A DNA stretch of 64,000 bases, taken from contig QBZF01000002.1 in the NCBI GenBank assembly GCA_003282425.1, positions 7,808-71,807 on the forward strand. Reading direction: 5' to 3'. The notes beneath the pieces were generated by a model. That model was not told where the DNA came from and did not search any database. It saw nothing but the letters and a program-made list of their open reading frames with translations. Shown piece by piece: positions 53,612-63,928 of this stretch. The stretch comes from Prochlorococcus sp. AG-335-A05 (lineage in GTDB: Bacteria; Cyanobacteriota; Cyanobacteriia; PCC-6307; Cyanobiaceae). Made by a program: the position numbers and the translations under genes. Each line of letters opens with the position of its first letter. Position 1 is the first letter of the stretch.

Positions 53612-55249
53612 TTATAAAACAATTGGTTCCACTCCACTAACAACAGGTGCTACTTTTTTTAAATCTAAATTCTCATTATCTTCAATAAATTGATTAAGAT
53701 TCCAGTGATTTTTAAAAAGAATCACTGGCCTATTCCAGCAATCCTTTACTACTTTGCAATTAAAGATCCTTCCTAATTCGTCAATAGCTGACCATCCATC
53801 TGAAACCCATCGTGCCAATTGGTATGGCATAGATTCAAGATTGGCATCTACACCATATTCATTTTTTAATCTATGAATAACTACTTCCAACTGTAATTGT
53901 CCAACAGCTGCAAGGATAGGATCTCTTTTGCTCTCATCAAAGTCATAAAGTATTTGAACAGCACCTTCTTCACGAAGTTCGTTTACTCCCTTCCTAAAGT
54001 TTTTAAATGCTGAAGGGTTTGGATTTCTTAGCCAACTAAATATTTCAGGACTAAAGGAGGGTATACCCTCATATTCAAGATGAGTGCCTGTATATAAAGT
54101 ATCTCCAATAGAAAACATTCCAGGGTTATTAAGTCCAATTACATCTCCAGGATAAGCATCATCAACTACTTCTCTGTCTTGACCAAATATTTTTTGAGGT
54201 CGAGATAATCTAATAGTTCTTCCTGTTCTTGAGTGCTTGACTGACATATCCTTTTCAAATTTTCCACTACAAACTCTTATAAAAGCAACTCTATCCCTAT
54301 GCTTTGGATCCATATTTGCTTGTAACTTAAATACGAAACCGCTAAATTCATTGCTTGCAGGCTCAATATCTCCCTTATTACTATTTCTTGAAGTTGGTTT
54401 TTGAGCCATTTTTAAAAAACTATCTAAAAAAGGTCTTACCCCAAAATTTGTCATCGCCGAGCCAAAGAAAACAGGAGTAAGTGAACCATTAAAAATTTCT
54501 TCTTTTTCTAATTTCGAACCTGCCTCATCAAGGACCTCGAGCTCTTCAAGAGAGTTCTCAAGTAATTCTTTCTCTACATATTTTGAAAGTTCTTTATCAT
54601 CTAAACTCATTCTTTTCTCATTTGACTGTTTCCCTCTAACAGCTTTATCAAATAAAATAACCTCTCTTGAAAATCTATCAATAACTCCTCTAAATTCCTC
54701 ACCTATACCAATCGGCCAATTAACGGGCAAAGTATTTAAACCAAGCTCTGATTCAATTTCATCAAGCAAAGAAAAAGGTTCTCTGCCCGGTCTATCCATC
54801 TTGTTAATAAAAGTAAAAATAGGTATTTTTCTCATTCTGCATACCTCAAATAATTTTCTTGTTTGAGGTTCTAATCCTTTGGCGGCATCTTCAAGCATTA
54901 CTGCATTATCTGCGGCAGCTAAAGTTCTATATGTATCTTCAGAAAAATCTTTGTGACCAGGAGTATCCAATAGATTTATTACTGATCTTTCATATTCAAA
55001 CTGCAAAACAGTTGAAGTTATTGAGATACCTCTTTGTTTTTCAAGTTCCATCCAATCAGAAGTAGCTTTCCTTTGATTACCTCTTGCTTTTACTGCCCCT
55101 GCTTGCTGAATAGCGCCTCCATACAAAAGAAGTTTTTCAGTAAGAGTTGTTTTACCAGCATCAGGATGTGAAATAATCGCAAAGTTCCTTCTTTTATTTA
55201 CCGCCTCTAAGATATTTTTACTATTTAAGTTTTCAGTACTTGAACTCAT
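53612..55249 (-). CDS. prfC: Peptide chain release factor 3
   Basis: [30 protein letters not shown]. Confidence 0.98.
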   Translation of the reverse strand: MSSSTENLNSKNILEAVNKRRNFAIISHPDAGKTTLTEKLLLYGGAIQQAGAVKARGNQRKATSDWMELEKQRGISITSTVLQFEYERSVINLLDTPGHKDFSEDTYRTLAAADNAVMLEDAAKGLEPQTRKLFEVCRMRKIPIFTFINKMDRPGREPFSLLDEIESELGLNTLPVNWPIGIGEEFRGVIDRFSREVILFDKAVRGKQSNEKRMSLDDKELSKYVEKELLENSLEELEVLDEAGSKLEKEEIFNGSLTPVFFGSAMTNFGVRPFLDSFLKMAQKPTSRNSNKGDIEPASNEFSGFVFKLQANMDPKHRDRVAFIRVCSGKFEKDMSVKHSRTGRTIRLSRPQKIFGQDREVVDDAYPGDVIGLNNPGMFSIGDTLYTGTHLEYEGIPSFSPEIFSWLRNPNPSAFKNFRKGVNELREEGAVQILYDFDESKRDPILAAVGQLQLEVVIHRLKNEYGVDANLESMPYQLARWVSDGWSAIDELGRIFNCKVVKDCWNRPVILFKNHWNLNQFIEDNENLDLKKVAPVVSGVEPIVL

Positions 55250-55278
55250 TAAATTCTATTTTAACGATCCCACTAACC

Positions 55279-55974
55279 TTAAACCTTACCATAAATGACT
55301 AAATATTGATCACCTTCTTCGAACACTTCTAAAGAGGATAATTTATTCTCAAAAATAAAATCTTTTAATTCTTTTGATGTGTAAGAAGCCTTTAATGATG
55401 CGTAATAATCATTAGTCAAAATTTCATTATATTTTTCCCCACATTTTTCTTTTAAATATAAGGCTGATTGTTTATCAATAGGTCTTTTCAGATCTTTATG
55501 AAAATTTATAGTCAAATCACTTGATAATCTCTTTATGCAATTAAAAAAATCATCCAGATAAGTAATATGGTGAATTAAACTGTTGCTGACTAATAAACTT
55601 ATATTTTTTTCGAAAGAAATATCACTTGATTTAAGGCTTTTTATATCTGCACAAATGTAACGCAAATTTTTTAATCGACTCCGATTTAAGGAATTCTTTT
55701 TATTTAACTTAGCTATTCGAATCATCTCTTTGGAGCCATCAATACCAATAACATTGGCACTAGGCCATTTAATTGATAACTTTTCAGAAATATTGCCAGG
55801 TCCGCATCCTAAATCAACAATCAATTCTTTTTCATTCAAATGAATATTATTTTTAATCAAGTAATGGTTTATTTGACTAATAAGATTATTCTCTCCCTCT
55901 GAAAAGTCAGCTTTAGCATAAGAATCAACTTGGTCTTCTCTTTCCATTAATTCAGGTTCAACAGTTCTTTCCAT
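55279..55974 (-). CDS. Class I SAM-dependent methyltransferase
   Basis: VDLGCGPG, GIDGS, SNSLIHH. Confidence 0.9.
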   Translation of the reverse strand: MERTVEPELMEREDQVDSYAKADFSEGENNLISQINHYLIKNNIHLNEKELIVDLGCGPGNISEKLSIKWPSANVIGIDGSKEMIRIAKLNKKNSLNRSRLKNLRYICADIKSLKSSDISFEKNISLLVSNSLIHHITYLDDFFNCIKRLSSDLTINFHKDLKRPIDKQSALYLKEKCGEKYNEILTNDYYASLKASYTSKELKDFIFENKLSSLEVFEEGDQYLVIYGKV

Positions 55975-56019
55975 AAACTTCCGTGAACAAAGATTTCATA
56001 ATAAACATATTTTTACACA

Positions 56020-56066
56020 AACCGTTAAATAGTGGTAAGAATAGTTGCAGACGCCACAGGTAGAGT
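56020..56066. promoter_or_regulatory. Putative tandem NrdR boxes
   Basis: AACCGTTAAATAGTGG and ACGCCACAGGTAGAGT, 31 bp apart, upstream of nrdJ; degenerate. Confidence 0.45.
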
Positions 56067-56108
56067 TATTCTTCCTTTACAGGTAAATTTACATACTTTT
56101 TTTTTATC

Positions 56109-58442
56109 GTGACAATTGCACCAAATAAAGCTTCCTCCGAGAGCAATTCTAATAATCTTAGAAAAGATGACTTTCCAAAAACAGCCCCTGCTGCTTATCC
56201 TGTCTTCTTTAGGTCATATAGTAGAAAGACAGTTTCCGGGAAAAGAGAGAATTGGAGTGAAGTTGGAGAAAGAAATTTATCTGGATTAAAAGAATTAGGA
56301 AAACTCTCTGATCAAGAGTTGATGTTAATGAGAGAAATGCAGAGTAACCAAAAGGCTCAACCATCTGGAAGATGGTTATGGATCGGAGGGACTCCATGGA
56401 TTAATAAAAACCAGAATTTTTCAGGAGCATATAATTGTACTTCGACAAATTTAATTGATTGGGAAGCTTTTGCCTTAATGATGGATTTAGCAATGATGGG
56501 TTGCGGCACAGGAGCAATAATAGAGCCCCATTTTATAAATAAGCTTCCAACAGTAAAAAATAAAATAACTATTAAATCAGTAAGCGAAGTAGGAATAACT
56601 CCTAAAGATCAAAGGCAGGAAAAATCTTCTTTAGAAATTAAAGGCAACAATATCTTTATAAAAGTGGGGGATAGCAGAAGAGGCTGGGTAGATAGTTATA
56701 AATATCTTCTTGAAGCATCAAGCAATGAAAGTCTTGAAAAAGAAATTAATGTTCATATTAACTTAGAGGATATTAGGCCAGCAGGAGAATCATTAAAAGG
56801 TTTTGGAGGTATGGCAAATCCTATTAAATTAAAGGATTTATACTCTCGAGTTGCTTCTCTATTAGGAAAAGCGATTGGTAGAAAGCTAAATACAGTTGAG
56901 TGTTGCTTACTTATTGACGAAGCAGCTGTAACAATAGTTGCAGGTAATATAAGAAGAAGCGCTGGCATGAGGCAGTTTGCATCTGATGACAAAGAAGCAG
57001 CATCAGCTAAAGAGAATCTTTGGAGTCAAGACGAAGACGGTAATTGGAGAATCGATCCCGAAAAGGACGCTCTTAGGATGGCAAATCATACAAGGGTTTA
57101 TCATACAAAGCCCTCTTATCAAACAATTCTAGATGCTGTAACCAAGCAATTTCATTCAGGTGAAGGAGCAATTCAATTTGCTCCAGAAGCAATAGCAAGA
57201 TCAAATGCAGACATTTTGAACGGAGAAGATCTCAAAAATGAATTCATAGAAATATATTCAGAACAAGGTAAAGAGGAAGCTAGAAATTGGATTAATCTAA
57301 ATTACGGACCTTTTTCTGAAGAAGAACTAGATCATAGAATGAGTAGATATGGTCTAAATCCTTGCGGAGAAATATTAGGCAATGATTTTCATTGTAACTT
57401 GGCTGAAGTTCACCTAAATCAGATAGATCCGGAAAATATTGAAGAACAAAAAAAAGCCTTTAAAGCTGCAGCTCTTTCAGTGGCATGTTTGCTAAATCAT
57501 GAATTCGAAGTTGAGAGATATAGAAAAAGTAGGGAGTATGATCCTATTGTGGGAGTAAGTTTTACAGGATTATTTGATTTCTTTGTACATGCGTTTGGGA
57601 CCCCTTGGTTGAAATGGTGGGAAGCTGGGAGACCTGACAACGAAGAAGGAAAAGAATTTAAAAAGCAAGAAGCTAAATTCTTAGATTCATGGAGAAAAAC
57701 TGTAAAAGAAACTGTTTGGGAATACTGCGACAAACATAATCTCAGAAGACCTAATAGATGCACAACTGTTCAACCTGCTGGCACCAAAAGTCTTTTAACA
57801 GGAGCTGCTCCTGGATGGCATCCACCTAAAGCACAAAGATTTTTAAGAAGAATAACCTTCAGAAAGAATGATCCTATTGCTTTAGCTTGTATGGATTATG
57901 GTTACTCTGTTGTTCCATCTCAATCCGATAAAGATGAAAAAGGATGCTTGCTTGATAATCCATTTGACCCAAGATGTACTGAATGGCTCGTTGAAATCCC
58001 AACAGAAGTAAGTTGGGCAAACATAGAAGGAGCAGATCAAATAGATATTAATAACTTCTCTGCCCTTGCACAATTCGATTTTTATATGCAAGTTCAAAAG
58101 TTTTATACAGAACATAATACTTCTGCAACTGTTGAATTTAGAGAAAGTGAAATTGAAGATTTAGCAAAAGCAATACATAGTGCAATAGAAAATAACGAAG
58201 GGTATATTTCTGCAGCATTATTAGCTCGATTCAGTGCAAATGCTACATTCCCTAGATTACCTTTTGAACCTATAAACAAAGAGGAATATTTATCTTTGCA
58301 GGAACAGGTAACTGAAAGGAAAGTAAATAATGATTTCTTTGATGCCCTTAATAAATATGATATTGGAGAGCTCTCCGAAGCAGGACCAGCTGGTTGTGAT
58401 TCAGATAAATGTTTACTGCCGTTAGCTAAACCAAAAAATTAA
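56109..58442 (+). CDS. nrdJ: Class II (B12-dependent) ribonucleoside-triphosphate reductase
   Basis: PSGRWLW, YNC, GNIRRSA, NPCGE, TVQPAGT, C-terminal CDSDKC. Confidence 0.96.
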   Translation: MTIAPNKASSESNSNNLRKDDFPKTAPAAYPVFFRSYSRKTVSGKRENWSEVGERNLSGLKELGKLSDQELMLMREMQSNQKAQPSGRWLWIGGTPWINKNQNFSGAYNCTSTNLIDWEAFALMMDLAMMGCGTGAIIEPHFINKLPTVKNKITIKSVSEVGITPKDQRQEKSSLEIKGNNIFIKVGDSRRGWVDSYKYLLEASSNESLEKEINVHINLEDIRPAGESLKGFGGMANPIKLKDLYSRVASLLGKAIGRKLNTVECCLLIDEAAVTIVAGNIRRSAGMRQFASDDKEAASAKENLWSQDEDGNWRIDPEKDALRMANHTRVYHTKPSYQTILDAVTKQFHSGEGAIQFAPEAIARSNADILNGEDLKNEFIEIYSEQGKEEARNWINLNYGPFSEEELDHRMSRYGLNPCGEILGNDFHCNLAEVHLNQIDPENIEEQKKAFKAAALSVACLLNHEFEVERYRKSREYDPIVGVSFTGLFDFFVHAFGTPWLKWWEAGRPDNEEGKEFKKQEAKFLDSWRKTVKETVWEYCDKHNLRRPNRCTTVQPAGTKSLLTGAAPGWHPPKAQRFLRRITFRKNDPIALACMDYGYSVVPSQSDKDEKGCLLDNPFDPRCTEWLVEIPTEVSWANIEGADQIDINNFSALAQFDFYMQVQKFYTEHNTSATVEFRESEIEDLAKAIHSAIENNEGYISAALLARFSANATFPRLPFEPINKEEYLSLQEQVTERKVNNDFFDALNKYDIGELSEAGPAGCDSDKCLLPLAKPKN

Positions 58443-58527
58443 ATATTAAGTTATTTGTAAATTATTTAAATTTTGTTTTTAAAAATTCAATACATGGCTA
58501 CATCTTAAGTAGGTATGTAAAATTACT

Positions 58528-58785
58528 ATGACATTAAGCTTAAATATTGGTAATTTTTTTAATGATTCATCTACTCATGCTTTAGTTGACGAGCTTAGGA
58601 AAAGAAGTACAGAAGAATCAATATTAGAATTTGAAGAAAAATTTAACTCTACAAACGAAAAAAATCTACATATTTATATATGTAGATTTCTTAAAAATAG
58701 ATCTATATCTCGAGCTTTAGCTTCTAAGTGGCTAATTACAATGATTAACGACAAAGAGTCAAAAATTAATTCCCTGAAAAATTAA
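58528..58785 (+). CDS. Hypothetical protein
   Basis: 85-aa ORF. Confidence 0.7.
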   Translation: MTLSLNIGNFFNDSSTHALVDELRKRSTEESILEFEEKFNSTNEKNLHIYICRFLKNRSISRALASKWLITMINDKESKINSLKN

Positions 58786-58789
58786 ATAA

Positions 58790-58990
58790 TTAAGTTAGAG
58801 CAGAAAGCCTCCAAAGTGCTATCCCAAAAATTGAAACACCCATTATTAAAGTAAAAGCCAAAGCATTAACCACTTGAACCTTCTCAGTCATGACATTCGC
58901 GAATGGAAGTAACTGCGCATACAAAGGTTTTTCCTCAACTACTGCAGCTTTTTTACTAGGAGATTTTTTGTTTCTTGAGAACATAAACAT
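58790..58990 (-). CDS. Hypothetical membrane protein
   Basis: C-terminal TM. Confidence 0.65.
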   Translation of the reverse strand: MFMFSRNKKSPSKKAAVVEEKPLYAQLLPFANVMTEKVQVVNALAFTLIMGVSIFGIALWRLSALT

Positions 58991-59195
58991 CGTTATAATC
59001 CTCTGAATTTTACATTTAAAAAGTAAAGTTATTAAAAATAAATCGATTAATTGAACAAAATGTAACCTGTCTAAATCATTAAATTATTCTAAAAAAAGAT
59101 TTCATCCCACTTAATAGATAAATTTTCTTCGATTTAGCAGTATAAATTTCATTTAAAGCCTTCACAAAAAATTACCTATGTGTTAATATTAATTT

Positions 59196-59209
59196 GTAGC
59201 AACCGCTAC
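59196..59209. promoter_or_regulatory. NtcA box at a repressing position
   Basis: GTA-GCAACCGC-TAC just downstream of the -10 TAATAT (59184-59189). Confidence 0.7.
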
Positions 59210-59214
59210 CAAAA

Positions 59215-59277
59215 CGTTCAACTTGTAAAAATGCAAGCCGCAAATCGACTCAAGCCATGGAACGGGGACTTGGGCGA
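59215..59277 (+). ncRNA. Downstream-peptide (glutamine-II) riboswitch; Yfr6 leader
   Basis: 5' CGTTCA, CTTG/CAAG stem, CTCAAG/CTTGGG stem with loop GGAACG able to form a pseudoknot with CGTTC; YRG peptide downstream. Confidence 0.88.
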
Positions 59278-59292
59278 AACCGGAGAAAATAG

Positions 59293-59394
59293 ATGACACT
59301 TATCTACAGAGGACAAAAATACGTCCAAAACAAAGTAGTTGCAAAAAAACAGCATACAAAATTAACTTATAGAGGCAAAGCTTACACAAGTTAA
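59293..59394 (+). CDS. 33-aa DUF4278 peptide (GS inactivating-factor-like)
   Basis: MTLIYRGQKY..LTYRGKAY; SD GGAG. Confidence 0.9.
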   Translation: MTLIYRGQKYVQNKVVAKKQHTKLTYRGKAYTS

Positions 59395-59409
59395 TTACTA
59401 TACAAAAAT

Positions 59410-59439
59410 AAAAAAGTCCACATAGCGTGGCCTTTTTTT
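59410..59439. terminator. Bidirectional terminator
   Basis: AAAAAAGTCCAC..GTGGCCTTTTTTT between convergent genes. Confidence 0.7.
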
Positions 59440-59471
59440 ATGGCTCAAAATATCAGATTCTCAATTTAAAA

Positions 59472-59636
59472 CTAATCATCATAAATTTTACAATGAGAGT
59501 TTGTAGGATGCAAAATACATTCCTCATCCCAGTACTCATTAAAAGTATCTTTTGGTAATTGATAATTAAAATCGTGCATCCTCCATATGTCATTCAGTGA
59601 ATTATTGAGGATGGTAAAAGGTGTTGTAAGTTTCAT
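59472..59636 (-). CDS. 54-aa CP12-like peptide
   Basis: SD AAGGAAGG; C-terminus EECILHPTNSHCKIYDD fits the CP12 Cx3Px4Cx2YDD pattern. Confidence 0.75.
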   Translation of the reverse strand: MKLTTPFTILNNSLNDIWRMHDFNYQLPKDTFNEYWDEECILHPTNSHCKIYDD

Positions 59637-59762
59637 AACCTTCCTTTGTTACTAGTTACTCTATAAAACGAGTCCACCTATAAAGTCAAGCGAAGAAATA
59701 CTCAATTGTACTTTCAAACAATGATATAAGATGATTAAATATTAAACCTTAAGAGGAAAATT

Positions 59763-59912
59763 ATGACAGAGGAAAAACCTCTATTTAAAACGCCCTATGA
59801 TATTAAAGATGTAAGTGCTCTTTTTGCGATAGTAGCCTTTGTTTTAATTATTGCAGCCATAGTTGGTAATAATTTATTTGGGATATTTCAACAAAGTGTT
59901 AATTTTGGCTAA
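59763..59912 (+). CDS. 49-aa single-TM microprotein
   Basis: SD GAGG; MTEEKPLFKTPY..ALFAIVAFVLIIAAIVG. Confidence 0.65.
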   Translation: MTEEKPLFKTPYDIKDVSALFAIVAFVLIIAAIVGNNLFGIFQQSVNFG

Positions 59913-60499
59913 TTCATTTTGATAATAAGTAATCTAATATCTTCTTCATTGAAAAAATAAGAACCTGTTCTTTAGTTCCTTCATAAAGAATAATATCGAG
60001 TAATACCCCTTATTTTCCTTTTTTGTTAATTGTATAGATTTATTAATAGAACATAGTCATATCAATCAATCTAGTATTTTTGCTTATTGATCCCAATAAA
60101 TTCTTCCAATAATATGAACGAAATTTATAAAAGGTTTATTTTATGAGTATTCAAAGAAGTCAAAATCATAAGAGACAATCAAAAAGTAATTCAGAATGGC
60201 TAGATGAAATGATTATTATAATAAATAGAATGAAAAATAAACTTTAGAACGTAATCGTAATGGGATTTCCACATTGCCCTATTTGTGTAGGCCTAGCATT
60301 TTTCACCTTTTGTGTAGTGGTCACTCGCAGTTATATGGTCTTTTTTCTCTATAACAAGTCAGTAAAAAGCAGATCTTATTTTTTACCTATTTGATACAAA
60401 CTTAAATTGTTTCTCAATCCGTGCTTAATAATTGGTTGATTAAAATCTTCTTTTCATTTTGAGCTATTAAAAAGGCTATTAGATTATCTCAAAACTTTT

Positions 60500-60721
60500 A
60501 CATTCAAAAATATAACTAATAAAGAACTCTGAAATAAAACTTTTCTCGATGAAGTTTCAAGTGCAGCTACTGCTAATGAAATCGCCTTAATAGCTTAACA
60601 CTATGGATTTCAATTTACTGGTAAAGAATTAAAAGAAGTTTCTAAGAGCAAAATTGAGGGGGTAAATATTAAAATTCAAGATACCACTCCATCTTATAAT
60701 TTTGGTGAGGAGGGAAACTAA
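60500..60721 (+). pseudogene. Nif11-like leader-domain gene, disrupted
   Basis: FLDEVSSAATANEIALIA*HYGFQFTGKEL; stops at 60530 and 60596; no intact start. Confidence 0.6.
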
Positions 60722-60833
60722 AAAAATTGATTAAGAAAAAAAAATGATAAATTTCATAAGCTCCATAATTTAATCCTGCTTACAAGGATGAGCATTCTAC
60801 TTTTTTGAATGACTTAGTTTTTAATAATGTTTT

Positions 60834-61121
60834 TCAGTTGATACTTTGAGACTGATTTTCATTTATTATTTTATTAGCAGTAGAAGGATTATCTTCTTTT
60901 TTTGGGATTTCATTTAAATGCGTATGATTTAATTCTTTTTTATTATGTCCATGAGCAATCCCCAGCTCATGCATCCTTGCATGTTCTTTAATAGTATCTC
61001 TTAATTCACCAGATTTAGGACCTACTGTCGTATAAATACCGTATCCAATGGCGCCAAATAATAATACTCCAATGCTTCCTAAAACAAAAATGAGTGTAGG
61101 ATCATTATTAGCCGCAATCAT
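60834..61121 (-). CDS. PsbN-like protein with His-rich extension
   Basis: TM followed by GYGIYTTVGPKSGELRDTIKEH (PsbN pattern GY.lY..FG.....LRD...EH). Confidence 0.75.
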   Translation of the reverse strand: MIAANNDPTLIFVLGSIGVLLFGAIGYGIYTTVGPKSGELRDTIKEHARMHELGIAHGHNKKELNHTHLNEIPKKEDNPSTANKIINENQSQSIN

Positions 61122-61713
61122 ATTAAAAATAAATAATTAAACCAGACTTTAATGATTTATAAAAGGATTTTAAAGTAAATAAGTTATAAGTTAGGTATTT
61201 AAAAAGTATTATTGTCTGTAGCAGTTTAGACAAAATAAATATACAAAAGATAAGATAATTTTTTAAAACTAATATAAAATGTTGAAAATTATTTTTTACT
61301 ATTTCAGACAGCTCAAACAAAATAGCGTTTATTCTTCTTTTACTTGGAGCTCTCGTTTATTACGGGTTAGTTATTAGTGGTAATAATCCGCTTTAAAGTG
61401 AGGGGGAGGAATCAAATATCTAAGAATTTAAGACCCTCTAAAATTTAAGCAAATTAAAATAACATTGCTCCATATTTAATAATGATAAATTGGAAACAAT
61501 AAGTTATTAAATTCCAAAAAATAATCCGTCTTTTTGATAAGAAAATATAACTACAGATATACCTATTGAGATAAGAATAAATTTAAAAATACTATTTTGT
61601 AGTTTTTTTCTTAGTGAATTGGATCCTTCTGATGATTTCATAAAAGATATTTAAAAAATTAAAAAAACTTAATTTATATTTGGATGACTTGCTAAAAGAT
61701 AGTTCAAAAATAA

Positions 61714-61815
61714 TTAATCCTTTTTTGGTTTAGGTTTTAGACCAAAATCATTTTTACCTCTAGCAAAGAAAGTAATTACCAATAAAAAAAAGCTTAAAAT
61801 AGAGAGAGTTTCCAT
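61714..61815 (-). CDS. 33-aa membrane peptide (GxNDFG motif)
   Basis: METLSILSFFLLVITFFARGKNDFGL; paralog of neighbour. Confidence 0.55.
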   Translation of the reverse strand: METLSILSFFLLVITFFARGKNDFGLKPKPKKD

Positions 61816-61832
61816 AATAAAATGATAAATTT

Positions 61833-61955
61833 TTACTTAGAAGTTATTTGATCTTTTAATTGAGATTTACTTGATGAAATACCAAAATCATTTGATCCGA
61901 ATTTCATAAAAGCAATAAAGGCAGCAAAAAAGCCCAAGACTGCAAAGAGATACAT
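61833..61955 (-). CDS. 40-aa membrane peptide (GxNDFG motif)
   Basis: MYLFAVLGFFAAFIAFMKFGSNDFGI. Confidence 0.6.
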   Translation of the reverse strand: MYLFAVLGFFAAFIAFMKFGSNDFGISSSKSQLKDQITSK

Positions 61956-62688
61956 TTGTTTAATATAAGTAATGCATATGAGGACAATAAAAATATTTCT
62001 TAAAAGAGTCAAGAACAACTTTTACATAATAAATAGCTAAAAATACATCATTTACTTTTAAAAATTACTTATAAATAATTATTTGATAATGCTTAATGAA
62101 CAAAATTTTATAATGTTAATAATTAGTCGAAGCTTCTTAAATGCAATTAATTAAAAGCCTTACTTTCCATTGTCTCAAACTTCATAGATTATAAATCTAT
62201 AATCAAAAAAGTTTGGGCAAAATCTAACGTAGGTACTAAAAAATCATCTACATAAAATGATATTAAAATAGAAAATTTTTAGCTAATAAATATTAAAAAA
62301 CTTGATTTGAATAAATTTTTTTTAAATTTTTTATTTATAAAAATATTCCTTTGCTTTGTATAAACATATGAAAAGCAGGATTATGAAGATAGAGTTCATA
62401 AGTAGCTTTAGCTAAGAAAATAATTAAACCTGAAACAGCAAGAAAAATTATCTGATCTTTTGATGCATTATCAAAATTGAAATTTTTTGCATAGAATGTT
62501 TTTGCTTTCATAATTAAATTTAGCTCTATTTATGGTCTAGCAAACATAATTAAGTAGATTTTAAAAATATATATTTTATTTAGATTTTAAAAATTTTTTT
62601 TAGGTATCTACTTTACTACTATTTCTTTATGAACATATAGGAGTTCTTGTCCAGTTAAAACAGGGTTATTTTAAAGCCTTAATTCAAA

Positions 62689-62898
62689 TTATATTCCTTG
62701 AAAATCTGGAATTAAAATCCCTCCATCAAGATCATCATCATCATCATCTTTATTCTCATCTGAAAAAATTATTTCGCCAACTTTTAATCCAAGAAAAAGA
62801 CAGAAAATCCAAATGAAAATATCACCACCGGGCAAACCCATAACCCAACTAAAGATTAGGCCAATTAATAAACCAATTCCTACGATAAAAATTTCCAA
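62689..62898 (-). CDS. Small membrane protein with acidic DDDDDDLDGG tail
   Basis: Two TMs, poly-Asp, GGILIP. Confidence 0.7.
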   Translation of the reverse strand: MEIFIVGIGLLIGLIFSWVMGLPGGDIFIWIFCLFLGLKVGEIIFSDENKDDDDDDLDGGILIPDFQGI

Positions 62899-63328
62899 TG
62901 GTATTTATTCTTTTAAATAAACTAATAAATGATTACGAAAAAATGTGTAATTAAGTTTTCAAGATACTGTGATATTTATTTCTTAAGAAAGTTTAATGAC
63001 CTAGAAAATAGAATAATTTATTAAAAAATCTTTTCTTTAACCAATTTTCAGACTTTATTTCTCTCTGATTATTTTTTATCTTTTTATGTAGATTTAAAAT
63101 TTAATTAAAAGATAAATTCTGATAGCTGAAAAAATATTCTTGGAACTTATAGATAATTATTTTTTATTTTTATTAATTAAAAATAATTGGATAGATAAAT
63201 AATTTACATTAGAAGGTAAAAATAACTTTTACACAATAATGATATATTCTTCGAATAAAATTTAATACATTATTAATACATTAAAAGGTCTCTAAAATTG
63301 TTGCTTATCTAAAAAATTATATATAGAT

Positions 63329-63928
63329 TTGAAAAAGGAGCTTTTTAATTTAATAGAAAATATCTTTTCAAATATGGTCCATTCAACCTTTAATTTTGTG
63401 GCTTATATCTTGATTAACACTTTCTCAATATTTTCAAGCTTGCTCCCTGCATTGAATGAAAAAAATCTCCCATGGATTGATGTCATTCATCCTATTGTTG
63501 TTCATTTCGTAATCGCTATGGCTTTAGGTGCTGTAGTCTTTGATTTTGTTGGAATAATTTTTAAAAAGCCTAATTTATTTGAAGTAAGTTTTTTAAATTT
63601 AACTGTTGCAACAATTGCTATCTTTATTGCTATTGTATTTGGTCAAATTGAAGCGGGATTAAGTAATCCATATGGAGTATCAAGAGATGTTTTGAATTAT
63701 CACAGTACAATAGGATGGTCCTTAGCAGGAGTACTTTCGGTTATAACAGGATGGCGATATGTATCAAGACAAAGTAATCCTCAAGTTCTATCAAAAGGGT
63801 TTGTTTTTATAGATGTGATTTTAGCAGCCTTAGTTTGTACTCAGGTTTATTTGGGAGATATGTTGGTTTGGATTTATGGATTGCATACTGTACCAGTTGT
63901 TCAGGCTGTTAGAGATGGATTATTATGA
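63329..63928 (+). CDS. DUF2231 membrane protein (start uncertain)
   Basis: IHPIVVHFVIA, HSTIGW, LGDMLVWIYG. Confidence 0.85.
   Translation: MKKELFNLIENIFSNMVHSTFNFVAYILINTFSIFSSLLPALNEKNLPWIDVIHPIVVHFVIAMALGAVVFDFVGIIFKKPNLFEVSFLNLTVATIAIFIAIVFGQIEAGLSNPYGVSRDVLNYHSTIGWSLAGVLSVITGWRYVSRQSNPQVLSKGFVFIDVILAALVCTQVYLGDMLVWIYGLHTVPVVQAVRDGLL

Noticed and set aside
3444-58115. Antisense or nested ORFs in the track (3444, 4909, 5516, 7449, 7971, 8381, 14312, 15008, 17295, 22642, 24423, 27016, 30360, 35017, 35815, 36376, 39263, 41186, 46813, 47615, 47915, 48757, 48879, 50115, 51966, 54859, 56209, 56753, 57497, 57882)
   Set aside because: They overlap well-supported genes and have the F/L/S/I-rich composition typical of shadow frames
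61123-61320. 65-aa minus-strand ORF
   Set aside because: AT-rich promoter-like sequence with no motif; overlaps the plus-strand micropeptide remnant
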